Origin: a virus
DNA length: 64,000 bases
Virus record (IMG/VR): IMGVR_UViG_3300006028_000003
Span: 12,032 to 76,031 of that record
Reading direction: 5' to 3' (one strand)
The notes under the pieces: model-generated
Told to the model about the DNA's origin: nothing
What the model saw: the letters and a program-made list of their open reading frames with translations, nothing else
The model's database searches: none
Translations under genes and position numbers: made by a program
Part shown: positions 56,240-64,000 of the stretch, piece after piece
Layout: each line of letters starts with the position of its first letter
Numbering within the stretch: the first letter of the stretch is position 1

Positions 56240-56607
56240 GACGTCGCAAGGCCAAGAAGAATCCCTCCGGCTCTACCTGGCTCCTTCTCGGAGTCGGCGC
56301 CGCCGCCCTCGGAGTGGGGGCCTACTTCCTCCTGAGGCCTTCGACGCCAAGCCAAACCGTAACTTCTGCGGCCCCAACTCCTGCGGCCCTTCCTCCCGGT
56401 GCAGATGTCAACGCCGCTACTTCCGCAACGCGGTTGATGCTCCTCGGAAATCAAGCCGAGGTGGCTCCCGCGGCGATGTGGCTGAAGCAATTCCAAGCCA
56501 GCGTCGGCCTTCCCGCAACGGGAGTTTTGGATCCGACAACGAGGGCCCAGTTGAACAAGGCAACGGACCTTGCGAGGCAGTTGCCGGCGACGACGATCCT
56601 CGGTTAG
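56236..56607 (+). CDS. Basic+NP leader, TM and peptidoglycan-binding domain
   Basis: MRRRKAKKNP, TM, LKQFQASVGLPATGVLDPTTRAQL. Confidence 0.8.
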   Translation: MRRRKAKKNPSGSTWLLLGVGAAALGVGAYFLLRPSTPSQTVTSAAPTPAALPPGADVNAATSATRLMLLGNQAEVAPAAMWLKQFQASVGLPATGVLDPTTRAQLNKATDLARQLPATTILG

Positions 56608-56688
56608 CCTTCGAACGCCGTTAGAGCTGCCTCTAGCGTATCGAGGGCTCCGCCTTCTCGACAGCTTTTTGGAACGCGGCTTCTGCTT

Positions 56689-58155
56689 TCACGGAGCTTC
56701 CCATCCACCTTGGCTAGGCGGGGCCCCATTGGGCATTGGCGGAACCGATCCGACTCCGCCGTCGATCGCGCCTGCCGGAATCTCCTTCACGACTCGAGCC
56801 GGCACCGCCGCGGGCCCTTGGGTGAACTTCACGATCGCATCCTTCATCGCGTTCCCCAGCCCGTTGGCGAGGTCCATCGCGCGCTCCGCGATGACGGGGT
56901 TAGACATGAAAACCCCTAGAGGACTTATTTCCTCAGACTCCTTGTCTTTTGCGTAGATGATGGGCCGACCATCGGACCATTTGGCGCCGGGAACCTCTGC
57001 GACGGTCCAAGGGATGTCGTCCTCAGGGTTGCGCGGCGCCGGCTTCTCCTCCGGAGCTTCGGGCTCCTCTTCTTCAGGAGCCTTTGGGGGAGCGCCCATA
57101 CCCGTAGCTTGGCTGATGCTTCGCTCCATCGTCTTGCCAGCGTTGTTGATGATGTTTTCCATCAAGCGGCCGACCATTCCTTCGAGCGACTTGGCGAGGC
57201 CGCCGGTGGAGACCGGCGGGGGCGGAGGCGCCGCAACCGTCGGAGGAGGCGCCGGTGGGGCTGCAACCGCCGGCTTGAAAACGCCCGCCGTTTGGAGCGC
57301 CATCAAAACCTGAGCGGTCACCTTCTGAGCGAGGGCCTCTTCATTTACAACCGGGGCCGCGACTCCGGGGGGCGCCGGGATGTTAGGTTGCCTTCCTTCC
57401 CTTGCTGCGCTGAGGGCTTCACCGAGGGCCCCACGAAGGTAGGAGAGCTCACTCATCAATCCAGCATCGGGCGGAGCCGGGGCCTGCGGGGGCATTGGAT
57501 TCCCATAGGGGTTACCGTAGCCAGGCGGGGGGGCCCACTGCTGTTGCGGTTGAAACGAAAAAGGCGCCTGGGCTGGCGGCCCCATCGGCATCGGAATCCT
57601 CGGCGCTGCAACTCCCGGCTGCCCCGCATCCGCCTGGTCTTGCGCGTTGATGATGTTCCGACAGGTCTGCACGTCGGGCATCGCTACAGATGAAGTTGTA
57701 ATGGATTGGCCGTCGGCCTTGCGCCCGAAGTAGACGTTGTAAGCCGCGGGGCCCGCTGCGCCGGTGCCGATGTGAGCGAACCGCATCGCGTAGTCGACGA
57801 GGGCTTGGCCTGGGGTCAGCTCACCGCCGCCCGCGATTGCCTCACCACCGACCCGGCCAACGAAAACCGGCCCGTTGGGCGAAGGAGGATGGGTTCTATG
57901 GAAGGAAATTGAAACGTCTCGGGGGCTAAGGTTTTGAGTCGGTAGCCATGCAACGAGGTCGTTCCAGGTTTGCTCCGCCTCGCCGGTCCCGACCCCGCCA
58001 GAGGCCCGATAGAACTTCTTCGGGTCGATGGCGCCAGCCCCGCGCTTGTTGGGCTTGGGCTTGCGTTGATGACCGGGGGGTCGCTGGGGGGCCTCGTCGG
58101 TTTCCTCTTCCTCAGAGCCGTCGTCGATATCTTCACGATCTTCGGGGGCGGTCAT
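56689..58155 (-). CDS. Pro-rich protein of unknown function
   Basis: 488 aa; acidic N-terminus, globular domain, PGVAAP repeats. Confidence 0.7.
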   Translation of the reverse strand: MTAPEDREDIDDGSEEEETDEAPQRPPGHQRKPKPNKRGAGAIDPKKFYRASGGVGTGEAEQTWNDLVAWLPTQNLSPRDVSISFHRTHPPSPNGPVFVGRVGGEAIAGGGELTPGQALVDYAMRFAHIGTGAAGPAAYNVYFGRKADGQSITTSSVAMPDVQTCRNIINAQDQADAGQPGVAAPRIPMPMGPPAQAPFSFQPQQQWAPPPGYGNPYGNPMPPQAPAPPDAGLMSELSYLRGALGEALSAAREGRQPNIPAPPGVAAPVVNEEALAQKVTAQVLMALQTAGVFKPAVAAPPAPPPTVAAPPPPPVSTGGLAKSLEGMVGRLMENIINNAGKTMERSISQATGMGAPPKAPEEEEPEAPEEKPAPRNPEDDIPWTVAEVPGAKWSDGRPIIYAKDKESEEISPLGVFMSNPVIAERAMDLANGLGNAMKDAIVKFTQGPAAVPARVVKEIPAGAIDGGVGSVPPMPNGAPPSQGGWEAP

Positions 58156-59051
58156 GCAATCACCGGGGGGCTAGCGGAAACGGGGCCGAGAGTAGCCTGC
58201 TCAAGCGCGACGTTCATCAAATTCTTGAAGGGGGCCGCCTGGTCACTTCCAGGGGGAAAGATTGCCTGGAAGTAAGGCGTCAACACCACCGTAGGGGGCT
58301 CGGTGAAGCCAGCCCCGGGGTTAGTCAGCAGGATCAGATCCAACCCCATGCTGACGGTCACCACCGCACCGCTCCCAGGAACCGCCGCTGGATCGATGAC
58401 GGCAATCGACGGGACCGAGGTATAACCGCTTCCGGGATCCGTCACGGTGACGGCGGTGACGACCCCGAGGGTAATCGTCGGGGTGAGAACCGCCTCTCGG
58501 CCCCCCTTCGTAAGGCCGCCTTGAACCAAGATGAAGGTCCCGGGGTTATAGCCTCCACCCCCGGCGGTTACCGCAGCTGAAACTACCTTCAACCTTGCTT
58601 CGGCGTGAGCCGGGGCGTTGAGGCTTCCATCGGCCAAGTTGACCGGATCTGGATCGCCTGGGGAAGTGTTGAAGTATTGCCGATCCATCTGGTCGGATCG
58701 GAAAGACAACACCTGGGGGGTTTCCTTGCTTCGGCCACCGGAGAAGGAGACGACCGGCGGAAGGATATAACCGGATCCCGGTGAGGTGACAGTGATGGCG
58801 TTCAGCGGAGAGCCAGAACCATCGCCGGGGATGAGCGAAACGGTAGCCGTTGCAGCACTCACCGGGTTCAAACCGAGGACAAGAGTCCTGACTACCGGGG
58901 AGGCGACGGGAGTTGAATCCGAGATGACTCTGACCCCGAGAAATGAAAGGGCATCTTTCGGAACAGGAACCGCCGCCATCAACGCCGCGACTTGCGCAGC
59001 AGAGGCTCCGCCGAGGAAGGCTTTGTAGGTTAGTGTTGCGGTGGAGGACAT
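58152..59051 (-). CDS. Virion-type protein with (I/V)TVT.PG.GY...P beta repeats
   Basis: 4 repeats: ITVTSPGSGY, AVTAGGGGY, VTVTDPGSGY, LTNPGAGF. Confidence 0.68.
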   Translation of the reverse strand: MSSTATLTYKAFLGGASAAQVAALMAAVPVPKDALSFLGVRVISDSTPVASPVVRTLVLGLNPVSAATATVSLIPGDGSGSPLNAITVTSPGSGYILPPVVSFSGGRSKETPQVLSFRSDQMDRQYFNTSPGDPDPVNLADGSLNAPAHAEARLKVVSAAVTAGGGGYNPGTFILVQGGLTKGGREAVLTPTITLGVVTAVTVTDPGSGYTSVPSIAVIDPAAVPGSGAVVTVSMGLDLILLTNPGAGFTEPPTVVLTPYFQAIFPPGSDQAAPFKNLMNVALEQATLGPVSASPPVIA

Positions 59052-59224
59052 CAGACTAACCTCGGTCGGTCGTAGCGCGGAAGCTGCTTACGGAAGTCGG
59101 CGTCATCGGCTTTGAAGTTGAGGGCGCGGAGGGCTTCCGTAGAAATGCCGATCGGCTTTCCATCAGGAAAACTCGGATAGACCAGCTCTTGGCGGGCCCA
59201 GTCGTAGAGGAATATCGAACTCAT
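59051..59224 (-). CDS. Small hypothetical protein (57 aa)
   Basis: MSSIFLYDWARQELVYP..., overlaps both neighbours. Confidence 0.5.
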   Translation of the reverse strand: MSSIFLYDWARQELVYPSFPDGKPIGISTEALRALNFKADDADFRKQLPRYDRPRLV

Positions 59225-59823
59225 TGTGGTGTTGCCTCCTGCGCCGGGGCGTCAGTCGGAACCGCGGGGGCCGCTGAGGCATCCGGTTCTGTTCCGGTTT
59301 CAGTTGAATCCGAGTCGTCTTCGATCCCTCGATGCTCTTCATTGCGAAGGCCTTCGAGAATCATGTTGCTGTTGACCAAAGCCCCGTCGAGTGTCCGAGC
59401 CTCGATCCATTCGATGACAGCTTCCAGCTCGAAGTCTGCGGCGTTGAGCTCTCCCGCCACCTCGTTCCACTCCTCGATGAGCATGTCGGCCATCGCGTCG
59501 AGGCTCATGGTCTCGGCGAAGTAGGTCGGAGCTTGCTTACTCAAGGTGTAGCGGGTCGGGCTCCGCATCTTCCAATCGGCCGGCGCCGGATTGGGGGGAG
59601 CCGCCGGCATAGCGTAGACCCGCGCCACACCGTCATCTTGGAAGAGCGCGATGATCCGGCTGTAGCTATCAAAGGGGACCGGCTCCCCATGCTTGAACAT
59701 CGTCGGGCCGCCGGTCGTCGTCGGGAACCAGGCGAAGGCTGAGCCTTTCGGGAGGTCGTTGAAGTCGGCGCGGACGCCTTCGATGAGGGCGTCGGAAAAT
59801 TCCTTGATCGTCGTGATGGGCAT
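59221..59823 (-). CDS. Acidic hypothetical protein
   Basis: 200 aa, D/E-rich C-half. Confidence 0.68.
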   Translation of the reverse strand: MPITTIKEFSDALIEGVRADFNDLPKGSAFAWFPTTTGGPTMFKHGEPVPFDSYSRIIALFQDDGVARVYAMPAAPPNPAPADWKMRSPTRYTLSKQAPTYFAETMSLDAMADMLIEEWNEVAGELNAADFELEAVIEWIEARTLDGALVNSNMILEGLRNEEHRGIEDDSDSTETGTEPDASAAPAVPTDAPAQEATPQ

Positions 59824-59876
59824 GTGGGTTCCCCGGTTGAAATGGTGAAGCTAAGGTGGGTCGAGGGGACGGGAAG

Positions 59877-60050
59877 TCAAGTCATACCGGCGCAGAACAG
59901 GCAGCGGGCCATGCCGCAACGTTGAATGCGAAGGAGATGCCTAGGTACCTCATGGCCGCACTCTAACGTTAGCCAGTACTTATACTGACGCTCTGAAGAG
60001 CGGACACTTACAATCTTACGGCGGGGGCCGGCGCGAGAGACCTGGCTCAT
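59877..60050 (-). CDS. Zn-finger micro-protein
   Basis: LTLECGH...RCLFC; ATGA overlap. Confidence 0.5.
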   Translation of the reverse strand: MSQVSRAGPRRKIVSVRSSERQYKYWLTLECGHEVPRHLLRIQRCGMARCLFCAGMT

Positions 60051-61441
60051 TTGATCGGGTATGCCTTCCCCTCTTCAATAGAGTATATCTGACGTCGTCC
60101 GACAACAAAATGATCTAAGTATTTCACCTCGCGGCCGAAAGGGAGCGTAGCCCTCTTGATTTGATCTGTTAGATCACGATCTGCCTTTGATGGGGTACAT
60201 TTTCCCGTAGGATGAGAATGGCAAACGTAGTAGCCCTCACATCCAGAATCTAAAACTGCGCGTAAGACGTCGTTGACGCCGACAGCGACGTGGGAGCGTT
60301 GGCCGCGGGCGATCTCAATTGGAGGGCTCTTTAGCTCACCTCGGAGGTTGAGGGGCAAAACCAAGAACACCTCTTGATCTTCCTTCTCGAAGTCAGCACC
60401 GACTACCTCATAAACTTTAGCGGGGCTCCCAATGGGACCGTGCTTCTTTGCGAGCTCCATCGCAGCTTCGTGGACCTTCGGGTTTCGCTCGACCTTCACC
60501 CAAGGGATACGGCCCTCGGAGACTACTCGAGGCTCACCGACTGCTTTTGACCAAGCCTCACCTTGCATCGTCCGATCCTCTTCCGGTGCATGTTCAACTT
60601 GTTTGAAGTCTTGGCGGGCTCTCGCAAGCAATGTAGCCGCGCGTCCCTGTCGACGGAACTCAGGGAGAACATAGACGTTGGCGACCCAGGCATTTCGTCC
60701 GTCGAGCGATACGACTTGAAGAACGGCGACGGGTCGACCGCTAACGTATTCTACGTAACGGTAACTCCCCTCTTCGCTCACGTACCGCGAGACACCGTCC
60801 TTCTTCTTGTTCCCTCTCTCCGGACCGATTGTCTGAACAGCTCCGCGAGGGGCCAGAAGATGGCGGAAAGAGACGTCGAGTTTATCACCATCGATCTTCT
60901 CCGCCTCCGAGATGACCGGGGCGACCTCCATCGCGCTCGGATCCCCCTCGGCTTCCGCCGCCTCCGGAACCTTATGCGGCCCATACGTGACGATGTAGCC
61001 CGCCTTGGTCAACGTCTGCGCAAACGACCGCGCGGCCTCGTCGTCGTAGAAGTCACCGAAGATGACGAGGTTGCCTTCGACCGCGGTAGCTTTGCGGCCC
61101 GCGGCGTTGAGTAGCTTCTCCATCGGCCCTTGCCGACGGGCGATCACTTCCCATTCTTCCCTCGTCGGAGCTTCACTTGCTTCCTTCAAGGTGGAGGTTC
61201 CAGCGTGGCGATGTCTTGCCGTCGAGTAGATGACGCTCGCGGTCACCTCCGGGGCGATCCCTAGCGCCATGCAGTGGCGCCAAAAGTCATTCGTCGCTGC
61301 GGTATCGGCGTCGGGGTCGTTGGCCCCAAGCTTGAGCAGGGCCGCGCGAACGGTGCCCTCGTAGGCGTGCTCGCTTTGAGCGGCGACGTGGGTGCCGGAA
61401 GAGGCTGGGGCGTTGTCGACGGTGGGGGCGTTGGAGGGCAT
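60047..61441 (-). CDS. Polyvalent-type protein: GNAT + JAB/RadC domains
   Basis: VANVYVLPEFRRQGRA (GNAT motif A); QEVF.VL.L, HSHPTG...PSKAD, YLDHFVVG (RadC/JAB); start 61441 or 61456. Confidence 0.85.
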   Translation of the reverse strand: MPSNAPTVDNAPASSGTHVAAQSEHAYEGTVRAALLKLGANDPDADTAATNDFWRHCMALGIAPEVTASVIYSTARHRHAGTSTLKEASEAPTREEWEVIARRQGPMEKLLNAAGRKATAVEGNLVIFGDFYDDEAARSFAQTLTKAGYIVTYGPHKVPEAAEAEGDPSAMEVAPVISEAEKIDGDKLDVSFRHLLAPRGAVQTIGPERGNKKKDGVSRYVSEEGSYRYVEYVSGRPVAVLQVVSLDGRNAWVANVYVLPEFRRQGRAATLLARARQDFKQVEHAPEEDRTMQGEAWSKAVGEPRVVSEGRIPWVKVERNPKVHEAAMELAKKHGPIGSPAKVYEVVGADFEKEDQEVFLVLPLNLRGELKSPPIEIARGQRSHVAVGVNDVLRAVLDSGCEGYYVCHSHPTGKCTPSKADRDLTDQIKRATLPFGREVKYLDHFVVGRRQIYSIEEGKAYPIK

Positions 61442-61449
61442 AGGGTACT

Positions 61450-61854
61450 TTACCATGCCGTCGGGATGAGGTGGTGGATGCCGTCGGGCATGATCCGCTG
61501 GTAGAAATCTCGGAAGGGCGAGGCCTGTAGTAGCTCGGGGAAGGTGAGCCACTTCAGGCCCCGACCTTCGGTGTCCCTCGGTGACCCCGAGACGTGGGCG
61601 ACGTGGTAGACGCAAACGAGCCGGTCACCATCGACACCAGAGGGGCCTTCGCCGACGAGGGCCAAATGCGCGGGAACCGTCCTTAGATCTGTTTCTTCCA
61701 GTAGCTCTCGAACGCATGCGAGCTTCGAGCTTTCGCCCGATTCGACTTTGCCGCCCGGAAGGGTGTAGCCGCCGAACTTTGAGCCAACCGTAAGGATGAC
61801 GTAGCGCCCAAGAGAAGGCTCGATAACGAGCGCGCAAGCGGCATCTTGTTTCAT
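61450..61854 (-). CDS. NUDIX hydrolase
   Basis: PGGKVESGES...CVRELLEET Nudix box. Confidence 0.92.
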   Translation of the reverse strand: MKQDAACALVIEPSLGRYVILTVGSKFGGYTLPGGKVESGESSKLACVRELLEETDLRTVPAHLALVGEGPSGVDGDRLVCVYHVAHVSGSPRDTEGRGLKWLTFPELLQASPFRDFYQRIMPDGIHHLIPTAW

Positions 61855-62162
61855 TGGGGCCTCGGAGGCTTCTTGGGCAAGTTCCGCAAAATAGCCGGAG
61901 TTTCCACCTCGCGAAGGCCCCGCGGAACCTTCCCGGAGCTCCAGTCGTTGGAGTAGGTCGGCTCATCGAAAACCTTCTCGGTGACGCCGCGAACCCAGGC
62001 CCGTTGCTTCTCGGTGAGCAGGGGCCACTTCCCGTTTTCCAGATCGACTAGCATGCCTATGAAAGCCTCGACCCAAGTCGATGAGGCCTCCTCATGGTCC
62101 TCCACCTCGGCCCAAACGATGAGCCGTTGAAGCGCCGCGATGTCGTCGTCGCGTTGACTCAT
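61851..62162 (-). CDS. Hypothetical protein ending in LPKKPP
   Basis: GAGGAG RBS; LTEKQ..WV. Confidence 0.65.
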   Translation of the reverse strand: MSQRDDDIAALQRLIVWAEVEDHEEASSTWVEAFIGMLVDLENGKWPLLTEKQRAWVRGVTEKVFDEPTYSNDWSSGKVPRGLREVETPAILRNLPKKPPRPQ

Positions 62163-62359
62163 AGCGGCTCCTCGCATGCGCTGATGGCCCAGTTTAGCAT
62201 CCCAACGTTCATGGAAACTTGTGAGGCCTGCTCAGGCGGAAGATCTCTAGCCTGCTCGGCAAGAACCTTTAGACCAGCGGCGACAGCCGCGAGCTCCGCC
62301 GCAGTGAAGGTTTTGGAGTGAAGAAGATGCCACTCGAAGATGAGATGATATTTCCTCAT
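62159..62359 (-). CDS. Small hypothetical protein
   Basis: ATGA-coupled to thyX. Confidence 0.5.
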   Translation of the reverse strand: MRKYHLIFEWHLLHSKTFTAAELAAVAAGLKVLAEQARDLPPEQASQVSMNVGMLNWAISACEEPL

Positions 62360-63111
62360 TGTGATCGACCCTCTTCGAACAACGCCCACGTCCTCGGGAA
62401 CTTCTCCGCGATGATGCCTCCGAGGGCCCCCGCAAAAACGCGAATTTCATACTGGGCCGCGGGCGCCATCCGGAGCGTCAAGAAGCCTAGCCAATTTCTC
62501 AAATTCGCCGAGGCCCTCATCCGAGAGTAGCGCCCGACCGGAAGATGGATCCTCGCTAGCTCCTTCGGTACTCCGGCGGAGAGGGCGTTTTGGTAAAGCT
62601 CCTCATCTTCAGCGTACATCTTTGCGAGCTGCTTCCGGAAGCGCTCGGCGTTGACCTCGGTCAGTTCGACTCCGGTAGATGAGGCTTGTTTGTTGGCCCC
62701 GGATTTCGTCATGAGTCTTTCGACCGTAGGAATGTAATTGAGGTCCGGCAACGGGGTATAGCGTGCGCTCATCTCGTTGTAACTTTGGGTCCGGTGTCTA
62801 TGCCATTCCCGGAAGACGAAGATGGGGGCCTGGATCTCGATGATGAGGCCAGCCATCTCGAAGGGGGTGTGATGTTTGTTCTCGTAGAGATAACGGAGGA
62901 GCTTCTCATCACCTGGCCCTTCGTGACAAGCGGCACATTGATCTGAATCGCTTAGGTCTTTCCCGCCGCGGGCGCAGGAATGATCCGATTCTCGGGGGCC
63001 CCATCCCTTGAAACCCTTCCCAGTTGACATCCTAGCGGCCTCAATGATCCGCTCATCGGAGCCCCAGGCCTCTACGAGATTGAGGTAGCCGTGATCGAGG
63101 AGGTCAACCAT
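62356..63111 (-). CDS. thyX: Flavin-dependent thymidylate synthase
   Basis: HHTPFE, IFVFREWHRHRT.SYNEMSARY, ELAR..LP, NLRNW..FL.LR...AQYEIR. Confidence 0.96.
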   Translation of the reverse strand: MVDLLDHGYLNLVEAWGSDERIIEAARMSTGKGFKGWGPRESDHSCARGGKDLSDSDQCAACHEGPGDEKLLRYLYENKHHTPFEMAGLIIEIQAPIFVFREWHRHRTQSYNEMSARYTPLPDLNYIPTVERLMTKSGANKQASSTGVELTEVNAERFRKQLAKMYAEDEELYQNALSAGVPKELARIHLPVGRYSRMRASANLRNWLGFLTLRMAPAAQYEIRVFAGALGGIIAEKFPRTWALFEEGRSQ

Positions 63112-63589
63112 TCTTCGTCTCCAGCCGCGAGATCTCCCTGTCGAGGTACCATCGCGCTTTCTTCAGATCTTCCAAGCCGTTCTTCAGCCCCGCGCGCCAG
63201 AGATACTTCAAGGCGTTGCCGAGGTTGAAGTTGAAGTGCTCCGCGATGGTGATGCACTCAACCCCGCTTGGATGGCTCGTATAATGGCTCGGATGATTCA
63301 CCGGATCATGCGGCTTCGGTTGCGGCTCCAACAAGTAGCGGAGGGCTTCCTGTTCTTGAGCCGTGAATTGAACCCCCTTCGGCGCATTGACGGCATCCTT
63401 AGGATCCAAAACCTTCCGCTGTTGCCCTGGCACCTTCACGGCGTCGATAAAAAGAATGGGATGGATAGCCAAACCATGGACACCGCAGACCGGCCGATGG
63501 TAACCGCCCCCATCGAAAAACCCCACCGCTAGCTTCCCACAAGTCCCGTCTAGGCTATCCCCCGGCATGTCGCATAGATATTCCCCCAT
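63104..63589 (-). CDS. DUF3310 protein with Cys-rich N-terminus
   Basis: DPVNHPSHY...ECI...F.LGNALKYLWRAG.K...EDLKKARWYL. Confidence 0.9.
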   Translation of the reverse strand: MGEYLCDMPGDSLDGTCGKLAVGFFDGGGYHRPVCGVHGLAIHPILFIDAVKVPGQQRKVLDPKDAVNAPKGVQFTAQEQEALRYLLEPQPKPHDPVNHPSHYTSHPSGVECITIAEHFNFNLGNALKYLWRAGLKNGLEDLKKARWYLDREISRLETKNG

Positions 63590-63927
63590 CAGTAATGCTC
63601 CCTTTCCGGGTAGCCATGCTCCCGATTGATGACCTCCATCTTCTCCGGAAGCCACTTGACCGAAGCCCAACGGCGGATCGCCAGCATCGAAACGATGTAA
63701 GACACGAACATCACCGCGACACTCCAGAAGGGCCCCCAGATGCCGAGGATGAAGAAGGCCACCGCGTAGCCGATCGCGGCCCACATGGTGAACCGGTCGA
63801 GCATATTTCTCTCTTCCAACCCCAACTCCACCATCTTCTTCATCTTGGCTTCGACCCTTTCCGAGCGACCTAGCCTCATGACCAATACCTCTCTCGCGGG
63901 AATAAGCTCCATGAGGGAAAACTCCAT
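63589..63927 (-). CDS. Two-TM membrane protein
   Basis: Two hydrophobic helices; coupled to the DUF3310 gene. Confidence 0.6.
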   Translation of the reverse strand: MEFSLMELIPAREVLVMRLGRSERVEAKMKKMVELGLEERNMLDRFTMWAAIGYAVAFFILGIWGPFWSVAVMFVSYIVSMLAIRRWASVKWLPEKMEVINREHGYPEREHY

Positions 63928-64000
63928 CAGGTTGGTGGTGCCGCCGCCGGGGCCTCCGGCTTTGTAGCGGCGGGCGCATGCATCGCAAACGAGCCGGGTG

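Larger units (their letters stand above)
1..64000. mobile_element. Bacterial virus/provirus segment, probably tailless with an internal membrane; no ends visible
   Basis: Only phage-type genes (VapE, HNH x3, lysozyme, integrase, ThyX, DUF3310), many coupled micro-ORFs, no host operons; membrane-protein-rich structural module with no recognisable terminase, portal or tail. Confidence 0.88.

Noticed and set aside
56608-56688. Terminator between convergent genes
   Set aside because: Imperfect stems and a T5 tract are present, but the tract is offset from the stem; too weak to call.
56689-58155. Tape measure protein
   Set aside because: Too short and Pro-rich, with no tail tube or chaperone context.
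63590-63988. N-terminal extension of the 294-aa ORF 63104..63988
   Set aside because: Overlaps a better membrane-protein ORF in another frame; start reassigned to 63589.
1-64000. Genome-wide stop-codon recoding, DGR or retron
   Set aside because: Genes end normally at TGA/TAG/TAA with ATGA coupling, I found only one internal TGA, and no reverse transcriptase is present.

Overview
The whole 64 kb window looks like one high-GC bacterial virus genome segment. I see no host housekeeping block, rRNA, tRNA or CRISPR array. Genes are densely packed, mostly on the minus strand, and often coupled by ATGA overlaps. Recognisable genes: VapE helicase, PD-(D/E)XK nuclease, SNF2-like helicase, tyrosine integrase, ThyX, NUDIX, DUF3310, GNAT+JAB/RadC fusion, GroES, KGG stress protein, GH24 lysozyme, membrane-anchored SLT, papain-like peptidase, methyltransferase, GT4-methyltransferase fusion and three HNH endonucleases. 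I recognise no HK97 capsid, terminase, portal or tape measure. Instead, 44-59 kb holds three adjacent beta-rich proteins resembling vertical single jelly-roll capsid proteins, a protamine-like membrane-tethered protein, many small membrane proteins (three with peptidoglycan-binding domains) and a transglutaminase-fold Cys-His-Asp enzyme. I infer a large, temperate, tailless, internal-membrane virus, probably of a myxobacterial host. Main leads: (1) recurring G-[LFVM]-G and basic-tract+NP motifs in virion proteins beside a candidate maturation protease; (2) five copies of an ECF-promoter-like motif TTGAAT-N16/17-CGTCAAAC, each in front of a small gene at 34.7-36.5 kb; (3) Thr-rich collagen fibres with a viral glycosyl/methyl-transferase pair; (4) a Zn-ribbon gene with an in-frame TGA at a Cys position. 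All family calls are from motif recognition by eye; no searches were run. Several start codons are my own choices.
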